Source of the DNA: Cercozoa sp. M6MM
Lineage: Eukaryota; Protista; Endomyxa: Ascetosporea
Direction: 5' to 3' (one strand)
NCBI GenBank assembly: GCA_040357565.1
Contig: JBDODJ010000071.1
Length of the DNA stretch: 57,905 nucleotides
A program made the position numbers and the translations under genes. This document shows positions 11,290 to 27,071 of this stretch, piece by piece. Below the pieces are notes generated by a model. It saw nothing but the letters and a program-made list of their open reading frames with translations, was not told the origin of the DNA and did no database searches. The stretch's first letter is position 1. Each line of letters opens with the position of its first letter.

Positions 11290-13355
11290 ATGCTGAGTGA
11301 GCGCATTTGCGAGCTGATCGCCTCGCAGGACGAGCAGTCCTACGACGTGCAGGTAAGCCCAAAAAAGCCAAATTCCATCTTCGACCGGCCATCCATGAAT
11401 GTTGCGTCGTCAGGTGGCCAAGGCCGCTCAGCTCGCACGTGACGCCGCCAACGGGGTGTTTTACCCTTTTTATGACCTTAGCCGTGCGAGCAAGGCAAAC
11501 CTTCCATTTTTGTACACAGGAATCGGAGGAGTCGGTGCGTGAGTCAGTGCAGTCGCTGCTGGAGCACGGCGCTGCCCCGCTCGTCGCCCTGGACGAACAG
11601 GAGGTGCATACAGTCTGAGATTTGTTAGTGTGCTCGACTTTCATGTGTTTGTTTCTGTCTTCAGAACGACGAGGAGTTCACCAAGCTGCTGCCGCCGCAG
11701 AAGACGAATGTCGGTACAGTCTCCTCATGACAGAACAGAACTGTTGTCAGGATCGATGTGATTTCGTGGGTCTTCAGGCCCCAACCTGCGTGAGCACCGT
11801 CTGGGTCTGGTACCGTCCGCTGCCTCATCCTTGCTGTGCTTTCCGGAGTGTGCATGCGCGTGATAGGCTGCCGCCGAGGCACTCAAGATGAGCGACGTGT
11901 TCGTCCAGGAGCTCACTTCGCCCACTGTACTCATGCTAACTCTATGACTTCCTTTGTTCCAACGTTCCCTTGCTTACATCCAAAAACGCGTGTGCAGGTT
12001 TTTTTCAAGCAGCTCGCTGTCACTCAAGTATGCTGAGTGTCTAGTCAGAAGATGACTGGTTCCATGTGCGTATGTCCATGTGCTCAGGTGGCCAAGCAAG
12101 TGAAAGACACGGACGTGCTGGTGCGCCTCATCAAGGAGGCCCCGGCTCGTGTCGCGCGCCGTCTGTTGCACGCGCTGGTACCCTGTCTGGGACCTCTGAC
12201 ATACCGTAAAGCATACCGGTGGTGGTGTCTGTGTGTCAGGTCAAGCACCAGCCGTCGCAGATCGAGAAGATCTTTCCGCAAGTTCGCAGCGATGTTGGTA
12301 GCACTAACCTACCACTACTTGCTTATAGCGTTTGAGTTGAGTGAGTGTATGTGTAGGCACCGAGGTGGTGGCCAGTGTGCTGCACCGCCTGCCACAGGAA
12401 GCGTTCACGGCTCTAATGATGTCGGATAAGGACCTCCGCGCGTCGGACGGTACCCCTCGTGGTTGGCCGTGTGTCACTTCTCTTTTACCCCCCTCCCGTG
12501 TGACTGACTATCAGGCCTGCGTTGGAAGATGATCGTGCGCTTCCAGTGGAGCTACGTGCTGCAGCTGCTGCACAAGCGACTGCTGGAGACGGTGCTGCAC
12601 CGCCACGTGGCCTACAATACCTGGGAGCAGACCATCACCGATCTCACTGGTCTGTCACCGGTACAACAAACACGCTGCCTCTTCCCTGCCCTTCCCTTCC
12701 CTTGCCTTCCTGCATCCATCTCAGTCTCTGTGTCTTATTATGTGCGCACTTTGTCGTGTTAGAACAAGTGGCAGTGCATGCTGATGGCCAACCGGCCGGC
12801 GCGTCTCGAACTGATGCGACTCGTCGAGGCCTTCCCGCCGCTGAGCCCACGCGCAGTATTTATCTGTTGGCTGAGGTATGGGGGTACCCGAGGGGCTGAA
12901 TTACTGTGTAACGCGACAGGGCTACCCGGCGGGCGTTGACTTCGCCAAGAAAGACGAGCTGCTGACACGCGTCTACACGGCGCAGGAGGTGCGTTGTTCC
13001 CTCCGACCCCTGACAATCAAACATTTGGTGTATGTGTGTATATGTATGAGCAGGTGACAGAGCGCACGTCTGTCTTTATCGGTGATGCCGTGTACGACAC
13101 GCCGCGACTCGCCTACAACGTACAGAGAGCCTTTGTCCGTGTCTGTGTGTGTGTCTGTCTGTCTTGTGGTCTGTGCATATGCACATTGTATGTGCAGTAC
13201 CGTGACATGGTTGGTGCCGAGTTGGAGAATTGGGTCGTCTTGGTATGTCCTCCTGGACTCGTGCCTTGTCTTGTAATGCATAAAGTACGGCGAGCGTAGG
13301 ATCTGCCCGTGTTTGTCCGAACGCACATGCATCGCTTCGCCACTCTGCACCGTAG

Positions 13356-13416
<61 letters not shown>

Positions 13417-13544
13417 ATCTCTATCTCTATCTCTATCTCTATCTCTATCTCTATCTCTATCTCTATCTCTATCTCTATCTCTATCTCTATCTCTATCTCT
13501 CTCCTCTCTCTCTATCTCTCTCTCTATCTCTGTATCTATATATA

Positions 13545-13599
<55 letters not shown>

Positions 13600-16500
13600 G
13601 CACCTCTGCACCTCTGCACCTCTGTACCTCTGTGCGCAGCGGACTGGCTGTCGAAGCTTATGATCGGCACGCTCGGCTACACGCAGCGCTGCTCGTTGCA
13701 CGCGACTCCGATTTTCTACTCTGTCTTGTACCCTCGACCCTCTCCTCTCTTTTTATATTTGTCTTTGCTCACCCTTCCCACATTGACTCAGGTCGCATGA
13801 AAAGCTGCCGGTTGAAAACAAGATCGAGATGCTGCTTGCCTGGGTAGCTTCTGTCGCGTGCACCGCCTGTTGTTTACCCCCTGTTCCCCGGCTCACCGCA
13901 GATCGAGCACCTGACGTCGCTGGACCTGCTGAAGGAGTCGGGACACGGTCTGTACCTGCAAGCGTATGACCCGCAGGTGGCAGCCAAGGCGCAGCTGTTG
14001 CAGTTCGACCTGCGGCACACGAGCGTCACAGAGGGCCAGATCAAAAAGGAGCTGCGCAAGCTGCACGACGGCATTGAAATTTTGGACGCAAAGTCGAGTT
14101 TCTCTTCGTACCGCTCCAGGGTGTGCGTCAAGTGGGTGCCCGACGTGCCAGTGCAGCCCATGGTGCAGGCACTGCTCGAGCACGGTCTTGTTCTGCGCAT
14201 TGGTATTACCTCTCCTCCCTCTCCTCTGTGGCTATATGGCTACGGGGGTTTGCTCTTGGGGAGGTCTGTTTTGTAGCCAACAAGGACGTCACTGTGACAC
14301 CCGTCGTGAACGACTCGACGCTGCACTCGACCCAGGGCCTCACTTACCTCAACCGACTGCTCACCTTGCATGAGGTAAACCTGAGATTTCCCGAGAGCAG
14401 TAGGGAGAGGCCTCGGGTGTTATGTGTGTGTGTGTGTGTTTGCGTACAGAAAAACTCGCAGTTCAAGGCGCCGCTGCTGTCGACGGCGCAGTGTGCCACC
14501 GTTCTCAAGGCGCTGCTGCACAAGTAACACGGACCTTTGCTGTCGATATCTATATCTGTATCTATCTTTCCATCTATCTAATACATGTGTGCGTATGTGA
14601 GCACAGGTACCTGGAGTGTGCTCACAACCTGTCCGACGTCTCGTTCCTGCGCGAGCGTCTGCAGATGCATTGCAGATCTACTGTGCTCTACTGCATCTAC
14701 CACGTACCAGACTCTTCCTGTGCGTGTGTCGATCAGTGTATCTGTGTGTGTGTGTATCTGTGTGTGTGTGTGTGTACCTTGCCCGGGCGACACAGGTACT
14801 GATGCGCGCGCACACGCGTGGTGGCTACACTGACCGGCGTCCGCGGCTCACGCAGCAGCTAGTCGGCCTCCTGGTACTCAGAGTTGTGTCTGTGTGTGTG
14901 TGTGTGCCAATGGCGTCGTATTATATTATGTGTGTCCTGCATGTGTGCGTAGGAGGAACTGGTGGCGCAGCAGGTCGAGCTGTGCGCCGCGTTCCGTGGC
15001 GAGTCCATCGGCCAGGAGTTTGGTAGAACTGCCCCTATCTGTCTCCATGTGCGTGTACCTACGTGTGACTGTGCAAACACAGAGGCATGGCGCACGCTGC
15101 TGTCGCAGGTGTACGAGCAGCAGATGCAGTGCGAGGACCTGCAGCAGCACACCTCGGCCTCCGCGTCGGTTCATTAGCATGCCACTGCCTTGTCCCCACA
15201 ATGCCTTTACCCTCTCCTCCGTATGTTACAGCTGGAAAGCCGTGCTTTCGACATTATCACTCGCAAGATCAACGGCCAGTTCGGACGGTATGCGTGCACT
15301 TAATATGTATATCGGTGTATATATGTATGTCTGGGGCAGGTTTGCCTCGCTGGCCGAGGCGACGGCGGAGGTGCAGCGCGTGCTGAAGAAGTACCCGGTG
15401 CACGCGAGCAAGACGGTGACCCCGGTGCACACGGCCATGCGACAGCGACTGCACGCGGCGCTCGTGCAGCGCATCAGCGTGCTGGGCAACCTCGTGGCGC
15501 CGCTGTACAACGACTTCGCCCTGTGGATCCTGCCTGATGTACCGTTGCCCTTGTGTGCTCGCCGTATATATATATATATATATATGTGTAGCCATATACT
15601 ATATACATATATATATATATATATGTATATGTATATATATGTGTGTGTGTGTGTGTGTGTCAGGCCATTTGCGTGACGCAGTCGGTCGAGCCGAAGTTGG
15701 CCGCGTTGCATGCCCTTCTGCTGGTGCCTCCACTTATTTGTATAGATGTATGTGTATATAATGTATCCTCTGTGTTGCTGGTATAGCGTACCGTGTCGAG
15801 CTTTGAGCTGCAGCGACAGGATCTCCCGGCGGCACTCAAGGGTAAGTTGACAAGCAACACGTCCCCCTCTGATCTAAATGTGTTTGTGTATGTTTGCTTG
15901 TATCTCGTATGCAGCACAAGTCGAAAGCCCTGTCAGAAGACACACTCTTGTTCCGACAGATGAGGTGTCGACCCTGCTGGCGTCGCACAAGTCGGCCGAG
16001 ACGGCACAAACCGTGGTCGACTTTCTGCGAGAGTGGGCGGCGCACCTGGCGCAGTCGGAGCACTTCGCCGTCGACACGGTCGAATCTGTGGTGCCCCCTT
16101 CTGCACTCTATCCTCCGAGTGTAGTGTAGGGTAGTGTTTATATATGCGTGTGGACTGTAGCGTCTGGAGAAGGAGACGCAGCACCTGCAGGAGGTCGTGA
16201 CTTTGCTGCGGTACCAGCCTGCCCAGTACGTATGCGTGTGTGTGTATGTGTGTGTGTGTACATGCAGTGAGGCACGCGATACGGTGCTGCAGGCGGCCGA
16301 CCACGCCTACTCGGTATCCAGCGACCCCGGTAAGGAGGGCCGCCTGCGCGAGTCGCAGCAGGGCGCCAGTCCGGTGCTGCTGTGCCAGGCACTGCCGCCG
16401 ACCGAGAACCTGCCGCACGTGCGCGATCATGTACCTGCTTCCTCTGGCCTACTCTCTGTCTAGTATATGGAGTATATTTTTATACACACTCAGCCAGTAG

Positions 16501-19500
16501 AAATATGCTTACCTCACCGTGTATGTAGCTGGTGACACTCGTCCAAAAGGCCAGCAGTCGTCTCGACGTTGTGCGTCAGTGCCGCGTGGAGGTCAGTCTG
16601 CCCCATTTGCCTTTCCTTCCGACCTGATACCCTCCGACCCGACCCTATCTTATCACACTACCTTATCTGTATGTGTCTGTATGTGCGTGTATGCTTATAT
16701 GTGTGTATGTACGTTTGGAGGCTTGTGTGTGCAGAGCGTGAGTTTGCCGGCGTCGCCGCGCGTTGTGCTGCGCCACTTTGTGCAGACTGCTTGGGTATCT
16801 ATCGACCTAGCCTCACCCCTCACCTCACCCCTTCCCTCGCCTCACCCTCACCCCTGTATTCCCTGTTGGCTCTGCTTGCGCCTGTAGTCCCTGGTTGAGT
16901 ACGTCAAGAACAAGGCGGCCGACTTTGTGCGTGGACGCAAACTGGACGACTTTGTACACTGTTCTGTCCTCCTGTCCTATGCGCATGTGTGCGATGTACC
17001 GTGGGTCTGGACAGGTTCTGAACCAGCTGCGCGGACTGGAGCACCGTGTGCGGCACTGCATGGACCGCGTGCCGACCGACTGCGGCCAGATACACCGCGC
17101 GCAGTGCCAGGCACTCGTCGACGTGTGTCTGCGACAGGACTTGCTGGACACGGTGCCTGCCCTCCTCACTCCACTCCCTCTCCTCTTACCTAACCCTCCG
17201 ACCCCGACAGGAACACAAGGATGTGCTGGAGGAACTGGCGCTGCAGACGCTGCAGACGCACATGGACTCCTCGGCGTACGCTACTTTGTGTGCATGTGCA
17301 TGTATATGTGTATGTGTTTGTGTGTAGTAAGATGCACGAGCTGCGAATGCGCCAACTGACTGCTGCTCGCATGTACACTTGCCTCCATTCAGTCTATACC
17401 CTTGTCTATCCTCTGTGTCTGTATGTCGGTGTGCCTGCAGGACGGAGACGGCGCAGGTGTGGCAGACGGCGCTGCAGGCCCTGCCGCGCGTCACCCCGGT
17501 GGTGCTGGCCCGCCTGTCGTCGCCTGCCGCCGAGCAGCTGCTGCTGCGCGCACACGCGGACCGACTGGCCGCGGCGCAGGCCTGGCCCGGCGCCTACAAG
17601 TGGCTGGAGGTAACCCCCACTCCCTTGCAATGTGCACTTGCTTTACTTCCCCCGTCTGGACAGCGCGTCTGCAAGGCAGCGACTATGGTGCAAGAGATGC
17701 TGGAGACGCAGACGCCCATCGTGGCTGTACAATTTCTTCCCCAGATATATTTGATATGTATGCATGGAACAGGAGGCACGTAAGCAAAGCGACAAGCAGC
17801 GCAAGAGCGACCGCCTCACTGCGCTGTACCTACCTATACACATATGCACATATGTGTGTACATATATATTGTAACATATATATATATTGTAACATATATA
17901 TTGTAATGTGTGCTTGTGAGTAGCGATCAGGAACTGACGCGCACGCTGCAGCATCTGTCCAACGTGTCTTTTCCTACCTTCCCTCCTCTGCCCCTACCCT
18001 ACTGTGCATGTGTGCATCTGTGTGTAGAACCTCGGTCCGGGCAGTCTGTCGTCGCTCGTGCTGCGTGACGCGCTGTTTGAGACGGCGCCGCTGCTGCAGC
18101 ACCTGCACGGCCTGCTGACCTCTGGTAGGCCAGGCTTCCCCGTGACTCCTATATAGGTCTTACCCACCTGCTCCCCGGTGCAACAGAGAGCGGCCCGGCG
18201 GTGCACGAGTCGGTGCTGAAGCTGCTGGAGCGACTGCAGGAGCGACTGAGTTGGCACGCGGCGCAGGTGGCCGGTGCCGTGGCTCAGGCGACCCTGGTGC
18301 TGCTGGAGGAGACGCGCGCCACCTGCGTTGTCGAGAAGGAGACTGTGCTGCGCGCGCAGCATGCACTACTGGTACCACATGCACTGACACCCTGTTCATA
18401 TACCTGCATGTATATATTTACATTGTATATATATATATATATATATATGTATACTACTGGACAGATCGAGCCTGCCGCCGAGTTCGTGGTAGCCGCGGTG
18501 GAGCGAGTACGTCTCCGCCTTGACCCCTACCCCTACCCCCTAGCCTTACCCTTCCCTAGCCTTACCCTTCCGTGTGTTTGTTCCAGGTGTTGACGATGTT
18601 GTCGCCGCACAAGAAGGCACTCGAGAAACTGCAGAGCACGCTGGACAGTGTGCTGGTATGTCACACGTCTTGTTCTTCCTGCGGGTCACTTGGATTGGAG
18701 TGTGTGTGTAGACTCGTTTCACGAGCATGATGTCGACACTGGTACAGATTTTCTCTGTGTCTTGTCTGGTTGGTTTACCCCTTCCCCCGCGCCCTGCATT
18801 GGACAGGCCGACTACGGGCATGAGGCGCATCTGCTGCTGCAGTGGCAGCAGGCACCTGGAGCACGTGCGGTGAGTCCCGCTGTTCCCTGCCTGTTGTATG
18901 TGTGTGTATGGGTGTGTGTATGTGTGTGTGTGTGGGCAGGAGATGACGCGTGCTGTACGTGTGCCGTGGCAGCACTCGACTGTCGCTTCGGACGCGCGTC
19001 GTCTCCGTCTGGTATCTTCTCCTGACTCATGCATCGCCCTGACCACTATATCCCTGTATCCTTTCCCTGTGTATCTGTGTATTCTGGTTCCCTGCAGGTC
19101 ATGATGGACCCGACACTGTCCGCAGCCGAGGTGAAGGCACTCATTGTCGACACGGACCTCAGTGTTCCTGATGAGGTACACAGACAACAGCCCCCCCTGA
19201 ACTGTGTGTGTATGTGTGTTTGTGTATGTGTGTCAGGACGCCGACCGACACGCGGACCGCCGCATCTCGCCGCTGCTGCGTGTGCAGGTGGATTCTGACT
19301 CCCTCATATCTCTAGTGATATGCGTCTGGACAGGTCGGTTGATGCGTGTGTTTGCAGGGTGAGGTGCGCGTGGATGCCAACGCTGTTCGCATCGACGCGT
19401 TCGGCGACTCTGTACTGGCTGTACCCCATCTCTCCATCTATCCATCTATATACATCTATCCATCTATCTGTCTGTCTCTCTGTATACATATATATCTATA

Positions 19501-20222
19501 TGAGGATATCTCTATATATATATATCTGTCAATTTACACATTCATACGTTGATACAAACATAGGTGACACTGGACGAGCGATACGCGGAGGAAACGCTCA
19601 GCACGGCCGTGGCGGCGCTGCTGGCTCCGCACGCTGCGCGCGTCGACCTTGTGCGGGTACCTGTCCCCCACCGTTCCGCTCTCGCCTGTGTTTGTCTGTT
19701 AATGTCCTACCCTCGCCTTCCTTTTTCGCAGGACATCGAGGTGCGTCAGGAGTGCGTGCCGTCGGCGCTGCACACGTCGGCGACGTCGCTGCTGTCGACA
19801 ATGCGTCAGGCCGTCAACGGACTGAGTCGTAAGCCTTACCCCCTCCCGCCTTATCCCTCCTTGTACCGTGGGAGTATGTAGGCAAGAGCGACATTGACCA
19901 GCGCACGCTGAACGTATTCTTGCGCGACGAGGCTGCAGTGTAGGCTTCCCAACCTATCTACGCTTGTATGTGTGTGTGTGTGTATGTGTGTGCACATCTA
20001 TGTGTGTGCACATCTATGTGTGTGTGTGTGGCAGTGAGTGGCCGGCCTGGCCAGAGACAGGCGACGACACGGCCAGCAAGGTGCTCGGCGTCGGCAGTGC
20101 CGCACTCGCCGCTGCCTCGCCGGCGCGGCTGCTGCAGCGCTGCATGCGCGTCTACGCGCTCTGCAAGGACGCCGACCACGTCGGTAGTGACTTATTTCCC
20201 CCTTACCTTCTGATGCTAGAGA

Positions 20223-20273
<51 letters not shown>

Positions 20274-20283
20274 NNNNNNNNNN

Positions 20284-20333
<50 letters not shown>

Positions 20334-21515
20334 ACAGAGGTGACACCCGAGACGGCGGTGCAGAAGCGTGAGTTCTTGCTGGGCCTGCTGCAGTCACTGC
20401 GCGTCAACACACCTCCTGAGGTGGGCAAAACTAGCTGCCTAGGTGGTACGTGCATGTGTGTATGCGTGCATGTGTGTGTGTATGTAGATGGAGAAGGTGC
20501 TGTCGCAAGTGGAGTTGCCGGCGACGTTGGACACGTCGTTGCTGAGCACGGCCAAGTCGCTGCTCAGTTCGCGGTGTGTTGCCCCCCACACTCATATCGC
20601 CCTTTCCCTCCTTACCCCCTCCCCCGTGGTGCAGACACCTGTGCAAGCACGAGGCTACCGCCACCGAGGCTTGGATTGTCGTGTGCAACACTCTGCTGGG
20701 TGGGTCTGTCTTTATGTGTTTGTCTGTATATATGTACATGTGTCTGTATGTATGCACATAGGCCACTGTCTCAAGACGGACGCGTTGGATACGCTGGACT
20801 CGGTCGTGGTGCCGCTCGTCAAGTCAGGTAGACACCCTACCCCCCCCCGCTCAACCCTGCCTCTACCCCCTATCACAGGCAAGCTGTGCGGCAAGCGACG
20901 TGCCACCATCCTTGAGCTGCTGGGCGATGTACCTACCCTCTTACTCCCCCTCCCGACTGATATGTTTGTGTGTGCGAGCGCAGAAGCTGCTGGATGCGTT
21001 GCTGCAGTCTAGTGAGGTATCTAGCACATGTATATGATAAATTTATCTGCACATATTAACATATCTACACATAGACATATGCACATAGAAATATACATGT
21101 ATGTATGTATACATGTGTGTGTTGTGCGTGACAGCGCACCTTTGTGGACTTCATGAAGCACTTGCACCTACCGGCCTTCTCACTGCCGCAGTGGTACCCC
21201 TACTTCCTGCACCCCTATACCCCTGCATCCTGTACCCCTGTACCCTCTCCAGTCTGCGCGACCGCGTGAGCGGCTACCTGCTGCCGCGCGTGCTGCCCGA
21301 GGCACTCGGTTCGACGAGTGGCGACGCCTCCTCCGACTCAGCCGACGCCGTGCCTGCCGTGGTATCTTTGACCTCCCCCCTGTCTGTAGGGATGTATAGA
21401 TGCACAGAGGTAGGCCATGTCTATGTGCGTGCATGCATGTTTGCTGTCTGTGCAGAGTGAGTCGGCCAAGGACTCGCTGATGCACCTGCTCGATGTGGTA
21501 GTCTGCACCATATAC

Positions 21516-21552
<37 letters not shown>

Positions 21553-22612
21553 TGTCTGTGTATTGGACAGGCCAACCCGCGCGTGCGCAACCGTCTGCAG
21601 AAACTCTCCGACAGCAACTCGGTTTGATGGACTGTCTGCTCGTATATATAGATATACATATATATATACATGTGTGTGTGTGTGTGTGTGTGTCGAACAC
21701 ACAGGTCACGCAGCGCATCGCTGGCTTCTCGACACTGTTGCGCAGTAATGCGTGCTTTACCCCCCCCCGGGGGGGCGGGGGCGCCCCCCCCCCGAGCAGG
21801 CACGTTGCTGGTGTCGCCGGGGCGACGCGCCGACTTGTCCGAGAAGACGCTGACGCACTTTGCCACCAAGCTGCGCAACGAGCAGGTACTGTAGCCAGCC
21901 CCTCCCATGTGCTCACTAACTGATTGGACTGACTGGACTGGACTGAACTGCTGACTGTCTGGCTGGTGTATCAATGACGGTGTTTCTGTGCACAGATCAC
22001 GAACCGTCGTCTGTTCACGAGTCTGCTGCTGGGACAGCAACACACCTTCGCCGATCGGTATGAGTGGCTAACTCTTGCGGGTAGGGGAAGGGTATAGATA
22101 AACTGATGTGTGTGTGTGTGTTGCTGCAGCGATGCGGAGGAGGACCCGTCGTTCGAGGCAGTGATGAACACGCACCACTTCTGGCTGCTGCCTGGTAAGT
22201 CGATGTTTACCTCCCCCCTACCCCCTCCCCGCCGATACCCCTGCTGCCTCTATGTAGAGAACGAGGCCTGCCTGCCGTTGCTGCAGTCGATGCTGGACGA
22301 CGCTCTCGAGATCGCCGATCTTGACGAGGGCGCCTCTGAGATGGTGCTTTACCTCCCTCCCCTGTTTACCCCCCCCCCCGGATGCATGTGCATACTACGC
22401 AGGCACTGGGTGCAACGGGCGAGTGGCACTGCGTGCTGCGACATTACTTGTACTACCTTACCCCCTACCCCACCCCTTACCCCCTATACTCGGGTGTGTG
22501 TGTGTGTGTGTGTGACAGCACGTTGTCGCAGTCGGCGCTGGCGTTGGCGCTGAACGAGCAGCGACAGGCGCTGTTCGACTTTGCCTTTGACCTGCAGTAA
22601 TGCTTTACCCCT

Positions 22613-22669
<57 letters not shown>

Positions 22670-22941
22670 CCCTCCTCTTACCTCCTACCCCTCACCTCCT
22701 ACCCCTCACCTCCTACCCCTCCAGGTACCGCATCGCACTGCACCGTCTGGGTCGCAAGGACTCGGCGCTCTCGTTCAAACTGTCGGTTGGTACGTCGTCG
22801 TGCTTACCTCCCTTTAACTCCCCTACTCCCTGTACCCCTTATGACCCCCTGACCCCAGGCGACCTGGTTCTGTGTCGACGCGTGCTGAAGCAAACGCCGC
22901 CGGCCTTCTCGGATGCTGTATAGTCCCCCTCCCATATACAT

Positions 22942-22983
<42 letters not shown>

Positions 22984-23232
22984 GTACATTTATGTATGTG
23001 GGTAGGAACCGGCATTCAAGCTGTATGCCGACACACCGGAGCAGGCGCGGCGCGTGTGCCGCTGGGCGTGCCAAAAGTACGATGCGCTGCTGCAGGAGCG
23101 GTGCGCCGAGTGGCGTGCCACGCCGTGCCATGCGCGCCGCGTGCTGCACTCGCTGTGCCTGCTGGGCGGTCCTTCCGTGGTAGCTATATACACATAGATG
23201 TAGATATGTATATATGTATTATATATACAAAA

Positions 23233-23271
<39 letters not shown>

Positions 23272-26200
23272 TGACGGAAGTGGAGGAGGCCACGGAACTG
23301 TGCGACACGGTGCTGAGCAGCATGCAGAAGCACCTCGACCTCACTGCGGTATCAGGGGGCATGCGCGGTATACAGAAATGGGTATGGCTACATGTTTGTG
23401 TGTGTGTGCAGTCTCTCGTGGGCATGGCCAATGGCGACAAGGAGGCCGAAGCTGTGGTACCCGTCCGTCTGGACGGTGTGGACGGTACAGTACTGTGTGT
23501 CTGTTTGTACAGGTCCAGGACTTTGACTCGGACGCTGAGGGAGCGCCGTCCATGTCGCCGCAGCTGCTGCACGAGATCTTGGACATGCGGCCGCTGGACT
23601 GGACCAATGTAGCCCCCTCCCTTTTACCCCCTAGCCCCCTTACCCCCTGTGCAGGTGCCAATCCTGGTGGAGGGCGTGGTGCGTCTCTTCGAGCGACTGG
23701 CGACCTGGACCGCCGCTCTGCCTGCGTACGTTGCTGTGTGTGTCCAGATGGACCTGCGTGTGTACACCTGTCCCTGGTTGTACTACCACACCACATGGGT
23801 TGTCTGGACAGCGATCTGAACACGTCGGCGGCGCTGCTGGACAACGATCGGCTGCAGCTGGTATAGTTTACCCCCTCCCCCTGTAGCTACATAGCCTCCC
23901 CTTTACCCCCCTCCTTTACCCCCCCCCCAGCACCTGCGCGAGATCGAGACGGCGCGTGCGACGCTGATGGGCTTCGCTGCCACGCTACTGGGGTCGCCCA
24001 AGGTGACTACTCACTGTGTACATATGAACCGACATGTGGACTAGTTAAGGTGTTGTGCACACACATACAGGTGCTGGACATTGCCGAGTCGCGCAAGCGC
24101 GGTGTGCCGATCTTTGTGCACGCCTTCCAGACGACCTTGTTCAAGTAGGACCCGTACATTGGGAGAGGGTATAACTGTCGGTACTGATGTTGATAAAGGA
24201 CACTGCACGTGGTGCTGTACCGCGTCGTGCTGGAGACCTTCCCCAACGATGAGGGTACTGACCCCTCATTGCCTCCCCTTTACCCCCCCCCCCGTACTGA
24301 TGTGTATGTGCAGCGGCCTCGCGCACGCTGGCGCTGCAGAAGACGCGTCTCGCCGTGGCCACCGAGGTAGTCTTACCCCCTTCCCCCCGTTACCTCCTCC
24401 CTTACCCCCCCTACCCCCCCCCCCCCGTGGCAGTGTGCCAAGCTGGCGTTCGAGAGTATGAGCCGCGTGCTGAAACTGCAGTGTGCGTAGTCCTTTATGC
24501 CCCCCCCAGCCGCTGTATACCCCATTTACCCCCTGTGTGCAGCACTACCGGTGTGGACAATAAGGTACACGCTGTGGCAGCACAATGCGTGCGTCGCTGC
24601 CTACGTCGACTTCCTCACCAAGGTGCCTTTGCTTTCTTACCCCCTACCCTCCCCCTTTACCCCTCTACCAATGGACTGACGGCAGCTGGCGCCTGGTGTG
24701 CGACTGGTGGCGCCGGGCGACGACGCGTGGCGACCGTGCGACACCTACCTGCTGAAGGTAGACGGCCCACTTTACCCCCCTGTCTATATAGTGTCGGTAT
24801 CGATGTATGTCGATGTATGTCTATTAGGGAGTCATGGTGCTGCTGAAGAAGCCGGCGTTGTCGCCGCGAATGGTATCGGTTGTCCCCCCCCCCCCACCCT
24901 ACCCTCCTTTACCCCCCTTGGTGACAGCGCTGGTTCGACTGGGCGCCGTTGGCAGCGCTGTTCCGAGCGCTCTTCGTGACGCCGCTGCGTCGGTACTGGG
25001 TTTTGCCCCCTTCCACGTTGCCCCTTTATCCCCTTGATACCACAGTGCCGTTGATGCGTTCGAAGCCGAGGACGACGTCGATGTAGCCCACCCCTATATA
25101 TATATATACCTATATATATATGTGTGTGTATGTAGACGGTACTGGTGAGTACTCGCTGCGCGGTGACTCAGCTGGCGCTGCACTTGCTGCCCGGCAAGCG
25201 CATCGACGACTGGTACAGTCTTACCCGCTCCCTCCCCTTTACCCTTCCTCATATGTGCCTCTGCACAGGGAGAGATTCGAGGCTTTCCGCGAGTGCTCGA
25301 ACCTGCTGATGCGCACCTCGCTGGTAGCTCTAGCCACCTCTGTAGTCCCTGCATGTACCCCATCATGTGTCCCCCTCCCATGCGGACAGGCCAAGTACCA
25401 CCTGGCACGTTGGTGGCACCAGCGCACCGAGGTGCACGCGTCGTGGCGGCCGGCGGCATCGCGACGGCAGCGACAGGAGCGACGTGCCGCCGCCGTGGAC
25501 TTTCTGCTGCAGGTGTCGCCCTCGGCCCTGCACCTGCGGTAGGGCCTTGTGTGTGTCTGTGTGTCTGTGTGTCTGTGTGTCTGTGTGTGTCTGTGTGTGT
25601 ATATGTATGTATGTATATATATATATATATGTATGTATGTGTGTGCACAGTGTGGTGCAGCGTCACCTGATGCGTTTCGATCAGCCGCGACTGCTGCGTG
25701 TGCTGGCGTAGGCCATGTTCTACTCTGCCCCTTGTTCCCTCCTGGCCCCCTTACCCCCACCCCCCCCCCCCGCACAGTGAGGAGTCGCCGCGCTTCGGCG
25801 TGTTCTACCCGTCGACGGAGGAGGAGCTACCGGTGCCGTTGGAGACGGAGCTGGAGGTGCGTCCCTGTCTGCTACCAGTCCATCTTAACACATGCGTCTA
25901 CATGTCTGTGTGTGTGTGTGTGTGTGTCCATATGTACAAGAATGTGTTTAGATGGACGAAACGCATTTCCAGGCCGGGACGATTGACGAGAGCGTCACGG
26001 GCGATCAGGAACTGCAGCAGCTGCGCGAGGTGTTCCGTCTGCGTCGCCGTCGCTGTAGCCACCTCCATATATATATCTATATACATGTATAATGTTATCA
26101 GGTGTAAGATGTTATATATATATATATATATGTTTCTGTGTATGTATGTGTATGGATGAACAGACGAGGAGGAGAAGGAGCTGCAGAGCAAGGGTACCCT

Positions 26201-26926
26201 GCAGTAATAAGGAATATGGGGTATGTGGTGGTACAACACTCACTCACGTGCAACATGTGGCTACAGTCTCGGCGCCCAGCGAGGAGGAGGAGGCCGTCCT
26301 GGTGGACATGGCTGACTTGTCCGTCTCCCTTAACCAGCAGGCAGGCGGCAGTGTCGATCTCGACAAGATCGTGACTGAGCTGCCCTTTGATGACAAGTAG
26401 CTTGCCCTGCCCCCCTTGACCTGACCTGACCTACCACCCCCCCTCTTAGGCACCTGTTCACGTTCCTGCTGTGCTACGGCATGCACCGCGTGCCCAAGTC
26501 GTACCGCATGGCTATATGGATATATATATATAGTATATATATATATATTTCTTGTGGCCTTACAGGGTGCAGGACCGTCTGTCGCACCGTCTGCTGTCGC
26601 TGGCGCTCAACGCCGACCGCAGCATGCCCGACCGCGTCACGGCCATCCGACGGTGCGTTGTTGCCCCCTTCTCAAATACCCCTTGTGTACCCCCCTTACC
26701 CACTGTGCAGATGGACGCTGCTGCCGCAGACGGGATTCGCCGAGGTGCTGACGCTGTGGCAGGCACTCGAGCAGGAGGCGCTGCGTGCCAAGCAGGAGGG
26801 CCGGTATCTCACCTTCCCTTACCCGCNNNNNNNNNNNNNNNNNNNNNNNNNNNNNNNNNNNNNNNNNNNNNNNNNNNNNNNNNNNNNNNNNNNNNNNNNN
26901 NNNNNNNNNNNNNNNNNNNNNNNNNN

Positions 26927-26977
<51 letters not shown>

Positions 26978-26987
26978 NNNNNNNNNN

Positions 26988-27071
<84 letters not shown>

